Shown one piece after another: positions 27,868 through 39,379 of a stretch of DNA of 64,000 bases. The notes below the pieces were generated by a model. The model was given only the letters and a program-made list of their open reading frames with translations, had not been told where the DNA came from and did no database searches. Each line of letters starts with the position of its first letter. The stretch's first letter is position 1. Position numbers and translations under genes: made by a program. The DNA is from Octopus sinensis (Eukaryota), in the NCBI RefSeq assembly GCF_006345805.1, contig NC_043008.1, positions 32,550,001 through 32,614,000 of the forward strand. Direction: 5' to 3'.

Positions 27868-28566
27868 GAAAAGAAATACAATATTGGAAAAAATTTCAAT
27901 GAAAAATAAATGCAATTCTGTAAAAATGTTTGTTTCATATTCAATAAAAAGAACAGAGGATGTATGACATTTGTGCAAGTACTGATCAACATCCAGTGTT
28001 TGTATTTTAGCCGACTGAGTAAGCAAACAGAGACTGGCTGATGTGATACAGTAACATTAAAGAGTCTTAGTATGATGAACTCAATGTCGATGTAATATAT
28101 CATGTTACTACTGTACGTGAAACGGAGTGCAGGGTGATATAGTTCGAATTCATACTTAAGTATTAGTATCATTCGCTGATCGTCTACGGTTCATATTCCG
28201 CCGTCGACTTTACCTTTCGATGTCGACCAAACAAGTATCAGCTGAGTAGTGTAGCCGATCTGATCGACTTCCCCGAGACTGCTGGCCTTGTTCCAAAATT
28301 TGAAACCTATATATCTATCGCTATTTCTTTTTTTCTTTTAAAATTGAAAATATTCAATTTGATGTAGATTTGGTTGATATTTCTAGCACAACGGGAGAAC
28401 GCACAGACATCCTCATATTTTGCAATATGTTACATTAGTAGATGCAGTTTATTGCTGTAAAGAAATGGTGTTTTTGTTTGGCATCCTTTCTGTCTCGGGA
28501 GACAATGGAGTTGAGCATTTTTTTTTTTTTTTTTTTTTTTTCTAGGTCTAGTCTGGCTGTTATATT

Positions 28567-29484
28567 TTATTTCCTGTTACATTTCTTGCTGTGGCTGTGT
28601 AGTCCTATCCTGGACAAACACTCCCTCTGGCAGGTACTGCAAATGTAGCGAAGACTGTTCCTGGCTGGTTGTAGTGCCATGGTCTCTTGTTTATGTCTCT
28701 TCCTTTCTTTCCATTTCTCCTCTCTCTTTCTGTCACTCCTCTGTATACCCTCTTTTACTGTACGTCGCCATTCTCCACGGTTGCCGGCGACTGCCTCCCA
28801 ACCGCTAATGTTGATGTTGCAGGCCTTCATATCCCTTTTGCAAACATCCTTGTAACGTAAGATCGGTCTACCCACAGACCTAGTACCCCTAGCAAGCTCT
28901 CCGTAGAGTATGTCCTTGGGGATTCTGCCATCTTTCATACGGCTAACATGCCCAAGCCATCTCATACGTCTTTGTGTGAGGAGTGCAAACATGCTTGGTA
29001 TTCCTGCTTGCCTGAGGACATCTTTGTTGGGGATATGATTCTGCCATTTGATGTGGAGGATTTTTCGGAGGCAGCGCAGGTGAAAGATGTTTAGGCGACG
29101 CTCTTGGCGTGTGTATAGCGTCCAGGCCTCGCTTCCATACAGTAGAGTGCTGAGTACACATGCCTGGTAGATCTTCATTTTTGTGGTCTTGGTCAGCTTA
29201 TTGTTGTCCCAAGCCCGTTTGGAGAGTTGGGCCATCGCAGCAGCTGCCTTGCCAATGCGTATATTGAGCTCAGCGTCAAGGGATAGGTTGTAGGTGACGG
29301 TAGAGCCCAGATAGGTAAACATCTCCACCTCTTGTAAGCTGTGGTCTCCAATATGTATGTTTGGGATGTCCGATGTAGCCTGGCCCATGATGTTGGTCTT
29401 CTTAAGGCTGATAGCTAAGCCAAAGTCGTTACATGCTTGCTCAAAACAGTTAATGAGCCTTTGGAGGGCTTCTTCTGTGTGTGT
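28567..29484 (-). CDS. RTE LINE polyprotein, C-terminal part (continues after the 1-nt frameshift)
   Basis: Frame reads HTEEALQRLINCFEQACNDFGLAISLKKTNI into the supplied ORF 28567-29388 (FTYLGS, LLYGSEAW, RRMRWLGHVSRM, zinc finger CSTCQRECLSRIGLHSHSKKC). Confidence 0.92.
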   Translation of the reverse strand, partial: THTEEALQRLINCFEQACNDFGLAISLKKTNIMGQATSDIPNIHIGDHSLQEVEMFTYLGSTVTYNLSLDAELNIRIGKAAAAMAQLSKRAWDNNKLTKTTKMKIYQACVLSTLLYGSEAWTLYTRQERRLNIFHLRCLRKILHIKWQNHIPNKDVLRQAGIPSMFALLTQRRMRWLGHVSRMKDGRIPKDILYGELARGTRSVGRPILRYKDVCKRDMKACNINISGWEAVAGNRGEWRRTVKEGIQRSDRKREEKWKERKRHKQETMALQPARNSLRYICSTCQRECLSRIGLHSHSKKCNRK

Positions 29485-31814
29485 ACCAGAGCGGCATCAT
29501 CAGCAAATAACATCTCCTTGATCAGGACGTTTCTGATTTTGGTCTTGGCACGCAGGCGCGAGAGATTGAACAGTTTCCCGTCACTTCTACTGTGCAGAAA
29601 CACTCCATCATCTGATGTCTGAAAGGCATGTGACAGCAAGAGTGAGAAGAAGATGCCAAACAATGTAGGAGCGAGGACACAGCCTTGCTTTACCCCGTTT
29701 TTTATTTGGAAGGCGGCTGATGTTGAACCGTTGTGCTGTATGGTGCCTTGCATGTCATCATGGAAAGACTTGATGATCCTCAGCAGCTTTGGTGGACATC
29801 CGATTTTTTGGAGCAGGAGGAAGAGGCCTGTTCTGCTTACCGAGTCAAAAGCCTTTGTTAGATCAATGAAGGCCATATATAATGGCATTTTCTGCTCTCT
29901 GGACTTCTCCTGAAGTTGGCGTATGGAGAATATCATATCGATAGTTGATCTGCTTCTTCTAAAGCCACACTGCGATTCCGGATAGATTCGAGAAGCAAGT
30001 AGTTGTAGCCTGGCCAGGATAACGCGGGCAAAGGTCTTTCCAACAGTGCTTAGAAGGGATATACCACGGTAATTGTTACAATCACCACGGTCACCTTTGT
30101 TTTTGTAGAGCGTAATGATGTTGGCATCCCGCATATCCTGAAGGACTGTACCCTCTTCCCAGCACTGACACAGAAGCTCATGAAGGTGCCGAAGCAGGAT
30201 GGTGTTTTTGCCGGCTTTGATGATCTCTGAGGGGATGCCGTCTTTTCTCGGAGTCTTATTTCTTGCTAGGGAGTCAACAGCCTTGGTGAGCTCTGCTATA
30301 GATGGCGGACTGTCAAGTTCGCACATGACTGGCAAGATCTTGACACTCTCGACTGCAGCCTCAGCCACTGTAGTCTCCCGTGAGTAGAGATCCTGGTAGT
30401 GCTCCACCCATCTATCCATTTGCTTGCCTTGATCCCTGATGAGATCTCCAGTAGTTGATTTCAGAGGGGCTGACTTGGTTGCGGATGGACCGAGGGCCTT
30501 CTTCAAACCAGCATACATCCCACGGGTGTCGCCCCTGTCAGCAGCTGACTGGATACTCTGACAGATTTCCTGCCAATACCTATTTGCACAGCATCTGGCT
30601 GTCAGTTGGGTTTTATTTCGTGCCTTTCTGAGTTCCTCGAGTGACTTTGTAGAAGAGTCACTCTTGTATTGCACCAGAGCTGCACGCTTTGCTTCGATAA
30701 CTGGCTCCAGCTCTGAGAGCCCAGCATTGAACCAATCTGGGTTTTGCCTTTCTCTCATGCCGAAAGTATCCAATGATGTCGTATACAAGGCTTCCCTGAT
30801 ATAGTCCCACCTACTTTCAGCAGAGGAGGTTGGGCAGCTACTGAGGGCAACCGTGATAGAAGCAGCAAAACATTTTCGCAGTGTAGGGTCCGAGGTTCTG
30901 GCGGTGTTGATGCGTGGTCGGCCCACTTTCTTGGAGCGATGGACTTTTTTAGGGAGAATCCTCACCCTGCTTCTAATTAGTGAGTGGTCTGTGTCACAAT
31001 CCGCACTGTGGTAACTGCGGGTCAATAGAGTGGAACTCAGAAAGGATCTCCGTGTAATAATGAGATCCAGCTGATGCCAGTGGTGAGATCTTGGATGTCT
31101 CCAGGATGCCTTGTGGGATGGCTTGCTGGTAAAGAATGTGTTTGTGATGCACAGGTTGTGGTATGTGCAGAATTCGAGTAGTCTCTGACCATTGTCATTC
31201 ATGTTGCCAATACCAAAGTGTCCAACACAAATGGGCCACGAATCATGGTCAGATCCCACGCGAGCGTTAAAATCCCCTAGAAGGTAGATATTTTCAGTCG
31301 TTGGTATATTTTCTAGGACACAGTTGAGATCTTTGTAGAACTGGTCCTTGGTCTCCTCTGAGCTGTAGAGAGTGGGAGCATAGATGCTGAGTAGATGTAC
31401 TGAGCCAGAAGAAGTCGAGAGGCGCAGTGAGAGGATACGCTCAGTGCCTCCCGATGGTGGTTCTATTGAGGAGAGTAGTGAGTTTCTCACTGCAAAGCCA
31501 ACGCCATGTTGACGAGGTTCTTCTGGATCTCTTCCCTGCCAAAAGAAGGTGAAGTCCTGCTCTTTGAGTCTGCCGTTTGAGGGAAGTCTTGTCTCCTGCA
31601 GCCCAGCAATATCTATGTTGAGCCTCTTTAGTTCACGGTCAATGATGGCCGTTTTCCTTGTGTCTTCAATACTGAGAAGATCGTCAGATATTCCAGGACA
31701 CATGGTCCTGACATTCCAGCTTGCCAACTGCAGAACTGGTGTTTTCTTGAATTTTAGTTGCTTGCCTGGTGCAGAGGTTGCAGGCCGCTTTTCGAGTCGT
31801 ACTCTTAGCTCCAA
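29415..31814 (-). CDS. RTE LINE polyprotein, N-terminal part: APE endonuclease and RT up to FADD
   Basis: APE motifs LASWNVRT, AGLQETR, IYAPT, LGDFNARVG, QLDLII, TDHSL. RT motifs NYRGISLL, PESQCGFR, FIDLTKAFDSV, GVKQGCVLAPTLF, LFADDAAL. The homologous frame is lost after ~29485. Confidence 0.95.
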   Translation of the reverse strand: MELRVRLEKRPATSAPGKQLKFKKTPVLQLASWNVRTMCPGISDDLLSIEDTRKTAIIDRELKRLNIDIAGLQETRLPSNGRLKEQDFTFFWQGRDPEEPRQHGVGFAVRNSLLSSIEPPSGGTERILSLRLSTSSGSVHLLSIYAPTLYSSEETKDQFYKDLNCVLENIPTTENIYLLGDFNARVGSDHDSWPICVGHFGIGNMNDNGQRLLEFCTYHNLCITNTFFTSKPSHKASWRHPRSHHWHQLDLIITRRSFLSSTLLTRSYHSADCDTDHSLIRSRVRILPKKVHRSKKVGRPRINTARTSDPTLRKCFAASITVALSSCPTSSAESRWDYIREALYTTSLDTFGMRERQNPDWFNAGLSELEPVIEAKRAALVQYKSDSSTKSLEELRKARNKTQLTARCCANRYWQEICQSIQSAADRGDTRGMYAGLKKALGPSATKSAPLKSTTGDLIRDQGKQMDRWVEHYQDLYSRETTVAEAAVESVKILPVMCELDSPPSIAELTKAVDSLARNKTPRKDGIPSEIIKAGKNTILLRHLHELLCQCWEEGTVLQDMRDANIITLYKNKGDRGDCNNYRGISLLSTVGKTFARVILARLQLLASRIYPESQCGFRRSRSTIDMIFSIRQLQEKSREQKMPLYMAFIDLTKAFDSVSRTGLFLLLQKIGCPPKLLRIIKSFHDDMQGTIQHNGSTSAAFQIKNGVKQGCVLAPTLFGIFFSLLLSHAFQTSDDGVFLHSRSDGKLFNLSRLRAKTKIRNVLIKEMLFADDAALVHTQKKPSKGSLTVLSKHVTTLA

Positions 31815-31988
31815 GCACCCAATGGAACAGGCGGCTTGTGGCGGGTCAGCACTTTATTAACTGGGGGCTGCCCAGCTTGAGGTGGGCAGTAGCTAACCAA
31901 TAGGACACGGAAGTCCCTCCCACCGGCAGAGGTAACCCGTAGCGTCCATATTTTACGCCAATCTGAATGGACTTATCACTCGTAACTG

Positions 31989-32237
31989 TTACCTCCCGTG
32001 TTGTTTCTGCAGCTTTTTACAGCAGCACTGAAGTGTCCTCTCCAGTTTTGCGCAGGCCTGGGCTATAGATAAGAAAGTCCTGGGTAGCCCAATCGTCAGG
32101 TTTCCTCTCTCGACCTTGCTGATGTAGTCCAGTGGAGTGCAGTGCATTACGTTTGGCACCAGCTTGGTTGCAGGAGCTGCCGGAAGAGTGTCGAATCGAA
32201 CACTAGACCGCCTTCGGGGCTCCACTCCGGATTTCAT
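31989..32237 (-). CDS. 82-aa upstream ORF in the RTE 5' region (putative short ORF1/uORF)
   Basis: ATG-to-TAA intact frame MKSGVEPRRR...QKQHGR, on the sense strand inside the element. Short upstream ORFs are known in some RTE elements. Confidence 0.45.
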   Translation of the reverse strand: MKSGVEPRRRSSVRFDTLPAAPATKLVPNVMHCTPLDYISKVERGNLTIGLPRTFLSIAQACAKLERTLQCCCKKLQKQHGR

Positions 32238-32575
32238 TGAAGGTTGTCTCCTTTCCGTAACCCTGGATAGGGGCCCATACCGGGTACTGTCAGCCGGAGC
32301 CAGCTGAGCCCGGAACTCGTGTCAGGCAGGGTCGTCACTCCCTGAAGTAGTGAAGAAGTTCGCTACCCACTACCTTTTCAAGTAATGTTAAATTATTATT
32401 ACGGTTTTTTTTTTTTTTTTTTTGCCTATGTTAAATTTCAACCACTAATATTCACCATCATCATCAGCAGCAGCAGTTGTAGTAGAAGCAGCAATATCAC
32501 TAGGAGGGAAGTGGGAAGGGGAGAGAATAGAGAGATATCCGGTATTGGTGGTGGGGGTGGGTTTCGGCGGGGGCA

Positions 32576-33230
32576 CAGCGAACAGGTCAGCCGGAATTTA
32601 GGGAGAATTAACGAAATTCTAATAGGTTGTTAGCGATGAGATCATTTAAAACGGTCAGTCCTAACGTAGTAGAGAGGGAGAAAAAAGAAAAAAGGAGCAA
32701 AAATATTCTTAGCTTTGCGTATCGTCATCGTGTGGCAGAATGAAAATAAAAAATGGCCAGCGAACAGGTCAGCCGGAATTTAGGGAGAATTAACGAAATT
32801 CTAATAGGTTGTTAGCGATGAGATCATTTAAAACTGTCAGTCCTAACGTAGTAGAGAGGGAGAAAAAAGAAAAAAGGAGCAAAAATATTCTTAGCTTTGC
32901 GTATCGTCATCGTGTGGCAGAATGAAAATAAAAAATGGCCAGCGAACAGGTCAGCCGGAATTTAGGGAGAATTAACGAAATTCTAATAGGTTGTTAGCGA
33001 TGAGATCATTTAAAACTGTCAGTCCTAACGTAGTAGAGAGGGAGAAAAAAGAAAAAAGGAGCAAACATATTCTTAGCTTTGCGTATCGTCATCGTGTGGC
33101 AGAATGAAAATAAAAAATGGCCAGCGAACAGGTCAGCCGGAATTTAGGGAGAATTAACGAAATTCTAATAGGTTGTTAGCGATGAGATCATTTAAAACTG
33201 TCAGTCCTAACGTAGTAGAGAGGGAGAAAA
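32576..33230. repeat. Tandem array of a 182-bp unit, ~3.6 copies
   Basis: Units start with CAGCGAACAGGTCAGCCGG at 32576, 32758, 32940 and 33122. Only two substitutions seen among the full units. Confidence 0.95.
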
Positions 33231-35439
33231 AGGGGGAAAAAAAGAAATGGTGTACTGGGGATGAATAATAATAATGAAAAAAGGGAACGTATGTTTCTTT
33301 AGCTTCCATTTTAGATAGTTTAGTCATTCAACGAGAGATTTTGATGTAATTTACAAAAACTAATTAAATAGACCTATGATTAAAGACGTTTCAACTGTAC
33401 CCTGTCTAAGATTTTTAGACAAAATTTATTCAGGGCTACATTTTTAAATGTATTTTTCCATTTCAAAGACTGTGAGATGTAATTTAAGGAAGATTTGGTT
33501 GCTATTTCTAGAAAATAGTGTGTTTGAACAAGAGCTTCTTCATTGCCTCGTATTATTGCTCAACATTTGTGAGAATACCTGTTGCAGGAATTTTACATTC
33601 CATGAGAATCCGTCATATGTATTTTAGAATCAAATGGTTTGGATCTCAGAACAGCTTGGAATAAACTTTGGAGGGGGCAATGGTGTAGTCGATTTATTCC
33701 TAAAAGGATTCAGGGAATGACAAGGTAACTATACACCGGCACATGCCAATTCATATAAATAGGGAGATTAAGGAAAATTATCCAAATATTATCAAAGTCT
33801 TTTAGGCAAAGAGATGACTCCTAATCGATATATCAACCAAATGGACAACAATATATCCCTAACTGAAAGAAGTTATCCTGAGGAATTAGAGTTATCCAGA
33901 ATGTGGAGATTGGAAACAAACAATTTCCATAATAATAAGTGCTTTGGGGAATAATTAAAAAAAGGCATACAAAACAATAAATAAGCAAACATACTTCGTA
34001 GAGTAACAAAGGATGTGCTCACATACATACAAAATATCTGAGAATAATTGAGAATATGTGCACATATGCAATATAGGGAAAAGTTTGTTCGACATTACAA
34101 ACATTATGTGGAGTACCCAAGGATGAACACAATATACACATAATATATAGGAAACTTAATTACGAGACACTGCGTCATATAATGTAGAGTACATTCAATA
34201 CAAAATCGTATTCAGCAGAATTGTGAGATGTTTTGGACAAATATATTGTGGTATTTTTTCAAATCCTAAAATGATAAATTGTACCTTTCATCCTTCGAAA
34301 GTCTATGAAATATAATACCAGTTCAGGACGGGGGATTTCCAGTTATTATAGCGCTGGACAAATATTTTATGCTATTTCTTCCGGCTGTTTTCGCTCTGAG
34401 TTCGTCTTGCAACAACGATTGTGTAAAGCCACATCAGCCATTATATTTCCTTTAAACAACATCGGTGGCATTGAGAAAAGAGACTTGCTGTACTAGCACT
34501 ACAATCTTCCATAAAGAAAAGAAAAATTGTGTCTGAATTTATGCCAAGAGAGACACATTCCAGTGGCAGATACAGGATCTACGCAAAGGAAACCTTAGCA
34601 ACTGGCATATCGATGATATATTTACTAAAATGGCTTCAGAGGTGACCTATTGTGCAACTTGCGGATGTAAATTCCTGTTCTGTTTACTCACTGGTTGTTC
34701 AAAGCTTCAAGAATTAAGAACATATCATTTGACAAAATGTACACAGCGGCGCAGATTGCATAGGCTGTATGAATTTAAAATTGGAGTTTGTTTCTCCCAT
34801 TAATCATAACTAATGCATTATTTGTATATATATTATGTCATATATATATACATGAGTGTGTTTGTGTGTGTGTGTGCGCACGTGTGTATATATATATATA
34901 TTGTGTGTGTGTGTGTGCAATGAAACTTCTTCAGGGCCCGATGCTTACTGTCGTTTGAAGATCATCCGAAGAAAACTATGAGACTGACCGAATAGGAGTC
35001 CTTTAGGAGGTGTTGTTGTTACTATAAATAAGTATATTTCCTCGTGACCGGAAGATTACCTCATCCAGTTAGGTATTTATTGATGGGTTTCAAAATTGGT
35101 CAAGTTTCCTGTGAGTTGCTTAGTATTATAGTCCAGCTTAACATTCTACTAAATAAGAAGAGTATTCTTTTATTTCTGAGGTATTCAATTACATTTCTGG
35201 TTTATTATTTATTTTTTTATAATTATCAGTCTATAGGTTTATAATTTTCTTATTTTCTTGTTATATTATATTAAATTAAATATCCTGCTTATAGTTAATT
35301 TTTTTAAACGTAATCTTACTTTTCAACTCTTTTAGAATATTTAATTTATTTTATTTTTGTATAGGTGTTCACTTAATTCAAGTTCATTATTTGTTTTTTA
35401 ATTTACTTGATTAATCTTCCAATTCCAGTAGTCTGTGTA

Positions 35440-35900
35440 ATGCGTTTACTTAAACTTTTTAAAGGTATATTTAGACGCATGAACACATATTCAAATGCGT
35501 TCTTGTCTGTGGATCATCAGGCTAAATTTTAAGGTAAAAATATGGTATATTTCTTCAATACACAATTCACAACGTTTTCTTCCTCTACAATACAATTATC
35601 TCCCAGTAAATTGTGAGTGTTCTATTATTATCTTTTAGCAACCAAATTAATTTACTTATTTAATTCGTATTTTCCTTCTAATTTTTATCCCTAAACGATA
35701 GTTCTTGATTAGCTAGTCTAAATTTTATAACACTAGAACTTGTACCTATGTAGAAATATACTTCTCCTTCTAAAATTACGTTACGCATATAAACCACATC
35801 TTTAATTTTGCAATTTAATTTTAACGGGCATAATTTTCGTGTAATGCAATCATCATTATTACCTCTACCTATTCCTCTATTATCCCCCAATTTTACTTGA
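35440..35900 (-). pseudogene. Penelope-like element GIY-YIG endonuclease remnant
   Basis: CITRKLCPLKLNCKIKDVVY...FYIGT...KFRLANQELSF, then ISKLIWLLKDNN..IYWEII, KRCELCIEEIYHI and ICVHASKY: the C-rich linker, VVY-YIG and terminal Cys/His layout typical of PLE ORF ends. Stops present. Confidence 0.78.
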
Positions 35901-36494
35901 TTATTTATATTCTCCGGTTTGTTGTTTCTATATTCTAAGTTATTTACACTATTCTGATTTTTACATTCTGGATACCACTTTCCGTTTTAGTGTTTGAGAA
36001 CGCTAGGAAGTGCAGTACTTAGAAAGTATATAATGAAAATAGTGCTAATAACCAAACGTATTGCTGAAACAGAATTAATACAAGGGACATAACAAGTACT
36101 AACTGAAACATTTTACTAAAATTTTGACATTGGATATTTTATCTTGACATTTTGTGTTTGCGTTGTATATATTGCTCAAACAGTACATATGAAAGATTTC
36201 AAGTTTCTTTATGTCTGTAGTAGGGAGTCGATGTTTCTGCCCCATACAAAAGTGTGCTCAAAATACAAGATTTGTGTACACTTATTTTTTTCTTATGTAA
36301 TCTGCTACACTTTCTAATATTGCTTCTGTAGGTCTAATTAGAATCATTAGCTATGTGACGTGGGGATATAAAACTTATACTTATTTTTCCTTTTTTACAG
36401 TCTGTAATTTTCCATTAAGTTCATTAGTCAACAACCTACAGTGACTCATATTATTACCATTGTTATATCATAACCACAACATCTACAATTAATG

Positions 36495-36710
36495 ATAATC
36501 CTTTCTACTCTAGGCACAAGGCCCGACATTTTAGGGGAAGGGATTAGTCTATTACAACGACCCTAGTGTGCAACTGGTGCTTATTTCATCGACACCAAAA
36601 GGATGAAAGGCAAAGTTGACCTCGGCGAAATGTGAACTTAGAAGAGACGGACGAAATGCAGCTAAGCATTTTGCCCGACGCGCTACCGATTCTGCCGGCT
36701 CACCGCCTTG
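36495..36710 (-). mobile_element. SINE family A
   Basis: Reverse complement of head, core and tail. Confidence 0.82.
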
Positions 36711-36899
36711 AGGTGGAAAAGATCAAAAGAGAACCGGAAAGGAAAGACCAGGCAGTAGAAAAACAATCAACTACATAAGAGATACAGTTCAAACCAAATC
36801 AAAGAAGAACCCAAAGGAAAAATAATAATAGCACTACCAGTCAGGAATAGGCAACTGGCACCAGCGATTTAAGCGATCAGAAAGTTTTCGATGAGTTGC

Positions 36900-37130
36900 A
36901 GGAAACATTGAGTAAAGAATAACGAAAAAGATTGCTAGCATTAAAAGGCACCAACAGAAGGAAGCTACTAGATATGGCTAGGAAAGTAGATTCTGTTATT
37001 AATAGATGACACTAATTTATTGATCTAGGCAGGATGGGTAGTAGCTACTAGAAGATTAGATATTCCACAAGGAAAGATTAGAAAATAGTAAATGTGAAAA
37101 AGGAGACTACAAAATAAAGTGAAGACCAGT
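36900..37130 (+). pseudogene. Possible N-terminal-region remnant of an R4/Dong-like LINE
   Basis: RKRLLALKGTNRRKLLDMARKVDSVI then TNLLI*AGWVVATRRL resembles the pre-RT region of this clade (recalled similarity only). Confidence 0.35.
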
Positions 37131-37800
37131 TCGCCCCAATGAAAGGCAGTCTTCGGGCGCAAAAATTTGAAGACACACACAAGTGAAAGCGACACCTTAA
37201 TTTTTTGTGAAGCGGATTTGAAAGTTCACGATCATACAGATTGCATAGATGAAGAGTTACTTTACCAGCATGCTCTGTGTAAACGACCTATGTTAGTTAA
37301 TATAAAAAATTACGCGTACTTTTGATTTACCCTCGGTAGAACTTTTCTGTGTATGTGTGTGTGTGTGTCTGTGTGTGCGGTTATGAGCATGTGTGTCCAT
37401 GTATTTGTGTGTGCATGAGTTCACATAAATAAATACATATTTATCTACCTATCTGTTTGTCTGTCTGTCTGTCTGTTTGTCTCTCTGTCTCCGTCTATCT
37501 CTCTGTCTCTCTATCTAGTTATCTATTTATGAAAAATGATGAAAGGACCTTCTTGAGCCACAGGATCATAAGGCCAGTTTATTCTGGATTTTGTTGTGTA
37601 TATATTCCCTCACCCCACTCCACTGGACGGGACACCGGTTCGTGGCGTGGGCTGGAGTCGTATGAAATTAATTTCTTTGCTCAAGAACACATCGTTCGGT
37701 CCAGGAATCAAACCCACAACTTCACAATCTTTCAATCACGAGTGAGACACTATAAGCTACATGGCTCCACGCGCTCGAGCACACACATATATGTATACAT

Positions 37801-38041
37801 ATTCTTTTATTCTTTTACGTGATTCCGTCATTTCACTGCGGCCGAGCTGGAGCACCGACTTACAGGGTTATGGTCGAAGAAATCAACCTAAGGGCTTATT
37901 ATTTGTAAGCTTAGTACTTATCGGTTTCTTCGCCGAACTGCTAAGTTATGGGGACATAAACATCAGCATCGTTTGTCAAGCGATGGGAGGCGGAGCAAAC
38001 ACAGACACACAGACACACACATAAATACACATACATACCTA

Positions 38042-38128
<87 letters not shown>

Positions 38129-38291
38129 ATATATATAATATATATAAGACAGGTTTCTTTTCAATTTCCGTCTTAAAAATCCACTCACAAACCTTTGGTC
38201 GGCCCGAGGCCGAGGCTACAGTAGAAGACACGTAGTGGGACTGAACCCGGAACCATGTGATTGGAAAGTTAGCTTCTTACCAGAGAGCCAC
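37801..38291 (-). mobile_element. SINE family B with an expanded internal (TA)n
   Basis: Consensus match on both sides of the microsatellite. Confidence 0.82.
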
Positions 38292-39309
38292 GTATATTTG
38301 CATATATGTATATGTATGTGTGTACATGCATGTGTGCGCCTAAGCGTATAGCTATCTGTCTATATATATTGTACACATATACATATATATGCATACATAT
38401 ACATGTACACACATATATACATACATATATAAGCACACATATAAACACACACATATATTACATATACATATACATGTATATGTATACACATGTGTATAGA
38501 TGCCTCTGTATGTTTGTATATATGTATATGTTCCTGTGTACGCACATGTGTGTGTGCATGTCTGTGTGTGTGTGTATCGCAGGTATGGGTGCGTAAGCAT
38601 GTGTGTATAGTCGTACATTAAAATGGTTGAATGCATACTGTAGTCCAAGGAACGTGAATGTTTTTCTCGTCTTTTTCTCCATTATCTTATTTCATTTTAT
38701 TTCTGATCGTCATTTTCTTCCAGTTTTATCTCCTACCTTAATCCATCCTTCGGTTTCGGTCTAATTTCCTATTTCGATCATTCACTCTCTCCCTATCTGT
38801 CACACTCATTCCGTGTCCCTCCCTCTATATTTGTGTGTATGTTTATGTGTATATGTATATTATGTATGTATATATATATATGTGTGTGTGCATGTGTGTC
38901 TATTTATTTTTGTGCATATATGTGTTTATTTATCTATACGTTATATATACATATATATATATATATATATTTATGTATGTATATATAAATATATGTATAT
39001 ATACGTGTATAGAAAAATATATATGCAGATATATAGCTGTGTATATTTATAGTATGTGTGCGTGTGAGAGTCTATGTATTTATGTATGTATTCCGATATC
39101 TCGAGATGACTGCCTTTCAGTCATTTGTACATATCAATGTTTATCTGTATGTATGTATGTATGTATGTATGTATGTATGTATGTATGTATGTATGTATGT
39201 ATGTATGTATGTACGTATGTATGTATGTATGTATTAGTGTGAGTGTTTGTAAGTGTCCGTGCAATTGCATGCGTGTGTCAATTCAATCTTACGCTATTAG
39301 CAGAGAAGA

Positions 39310-39379
<70 letters not shown>

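Larger units (their letters stand above)
28471..32343 (-). mobile_element. Near full-length RTE-clade LINE (5' UTR, APE endonuclease, RT, C-terminal zinc finger, 3' stem-loop)
   Basis: GC-richer block with a single long frameshifted ORF, an RTE-like 5' UTR (GAAATCCGGAGTGGAGCCCC...GGCAGCTCCTGCAACCAAGCTGGTGCCAAACG) and terminal CCATTGTCTCCCGAGACAGAAAGGATGCC. Confidence 0.95.

Noticed and set aside
28455-32360. Target-site duplication for the RTE element (GTAAAGAAAT versus GTGAAGAAGT)
   Set aside because: Only 8/10 identity in AT-rich sequence; a young element should retain an exact TSD, so none is claimed.
32576-33230. Regular array as a possible CRISPR
   Set aside because: Units are identical over their whole 182 bp with no unique spacers, there are no cas genes, and the context is eukaryotic.
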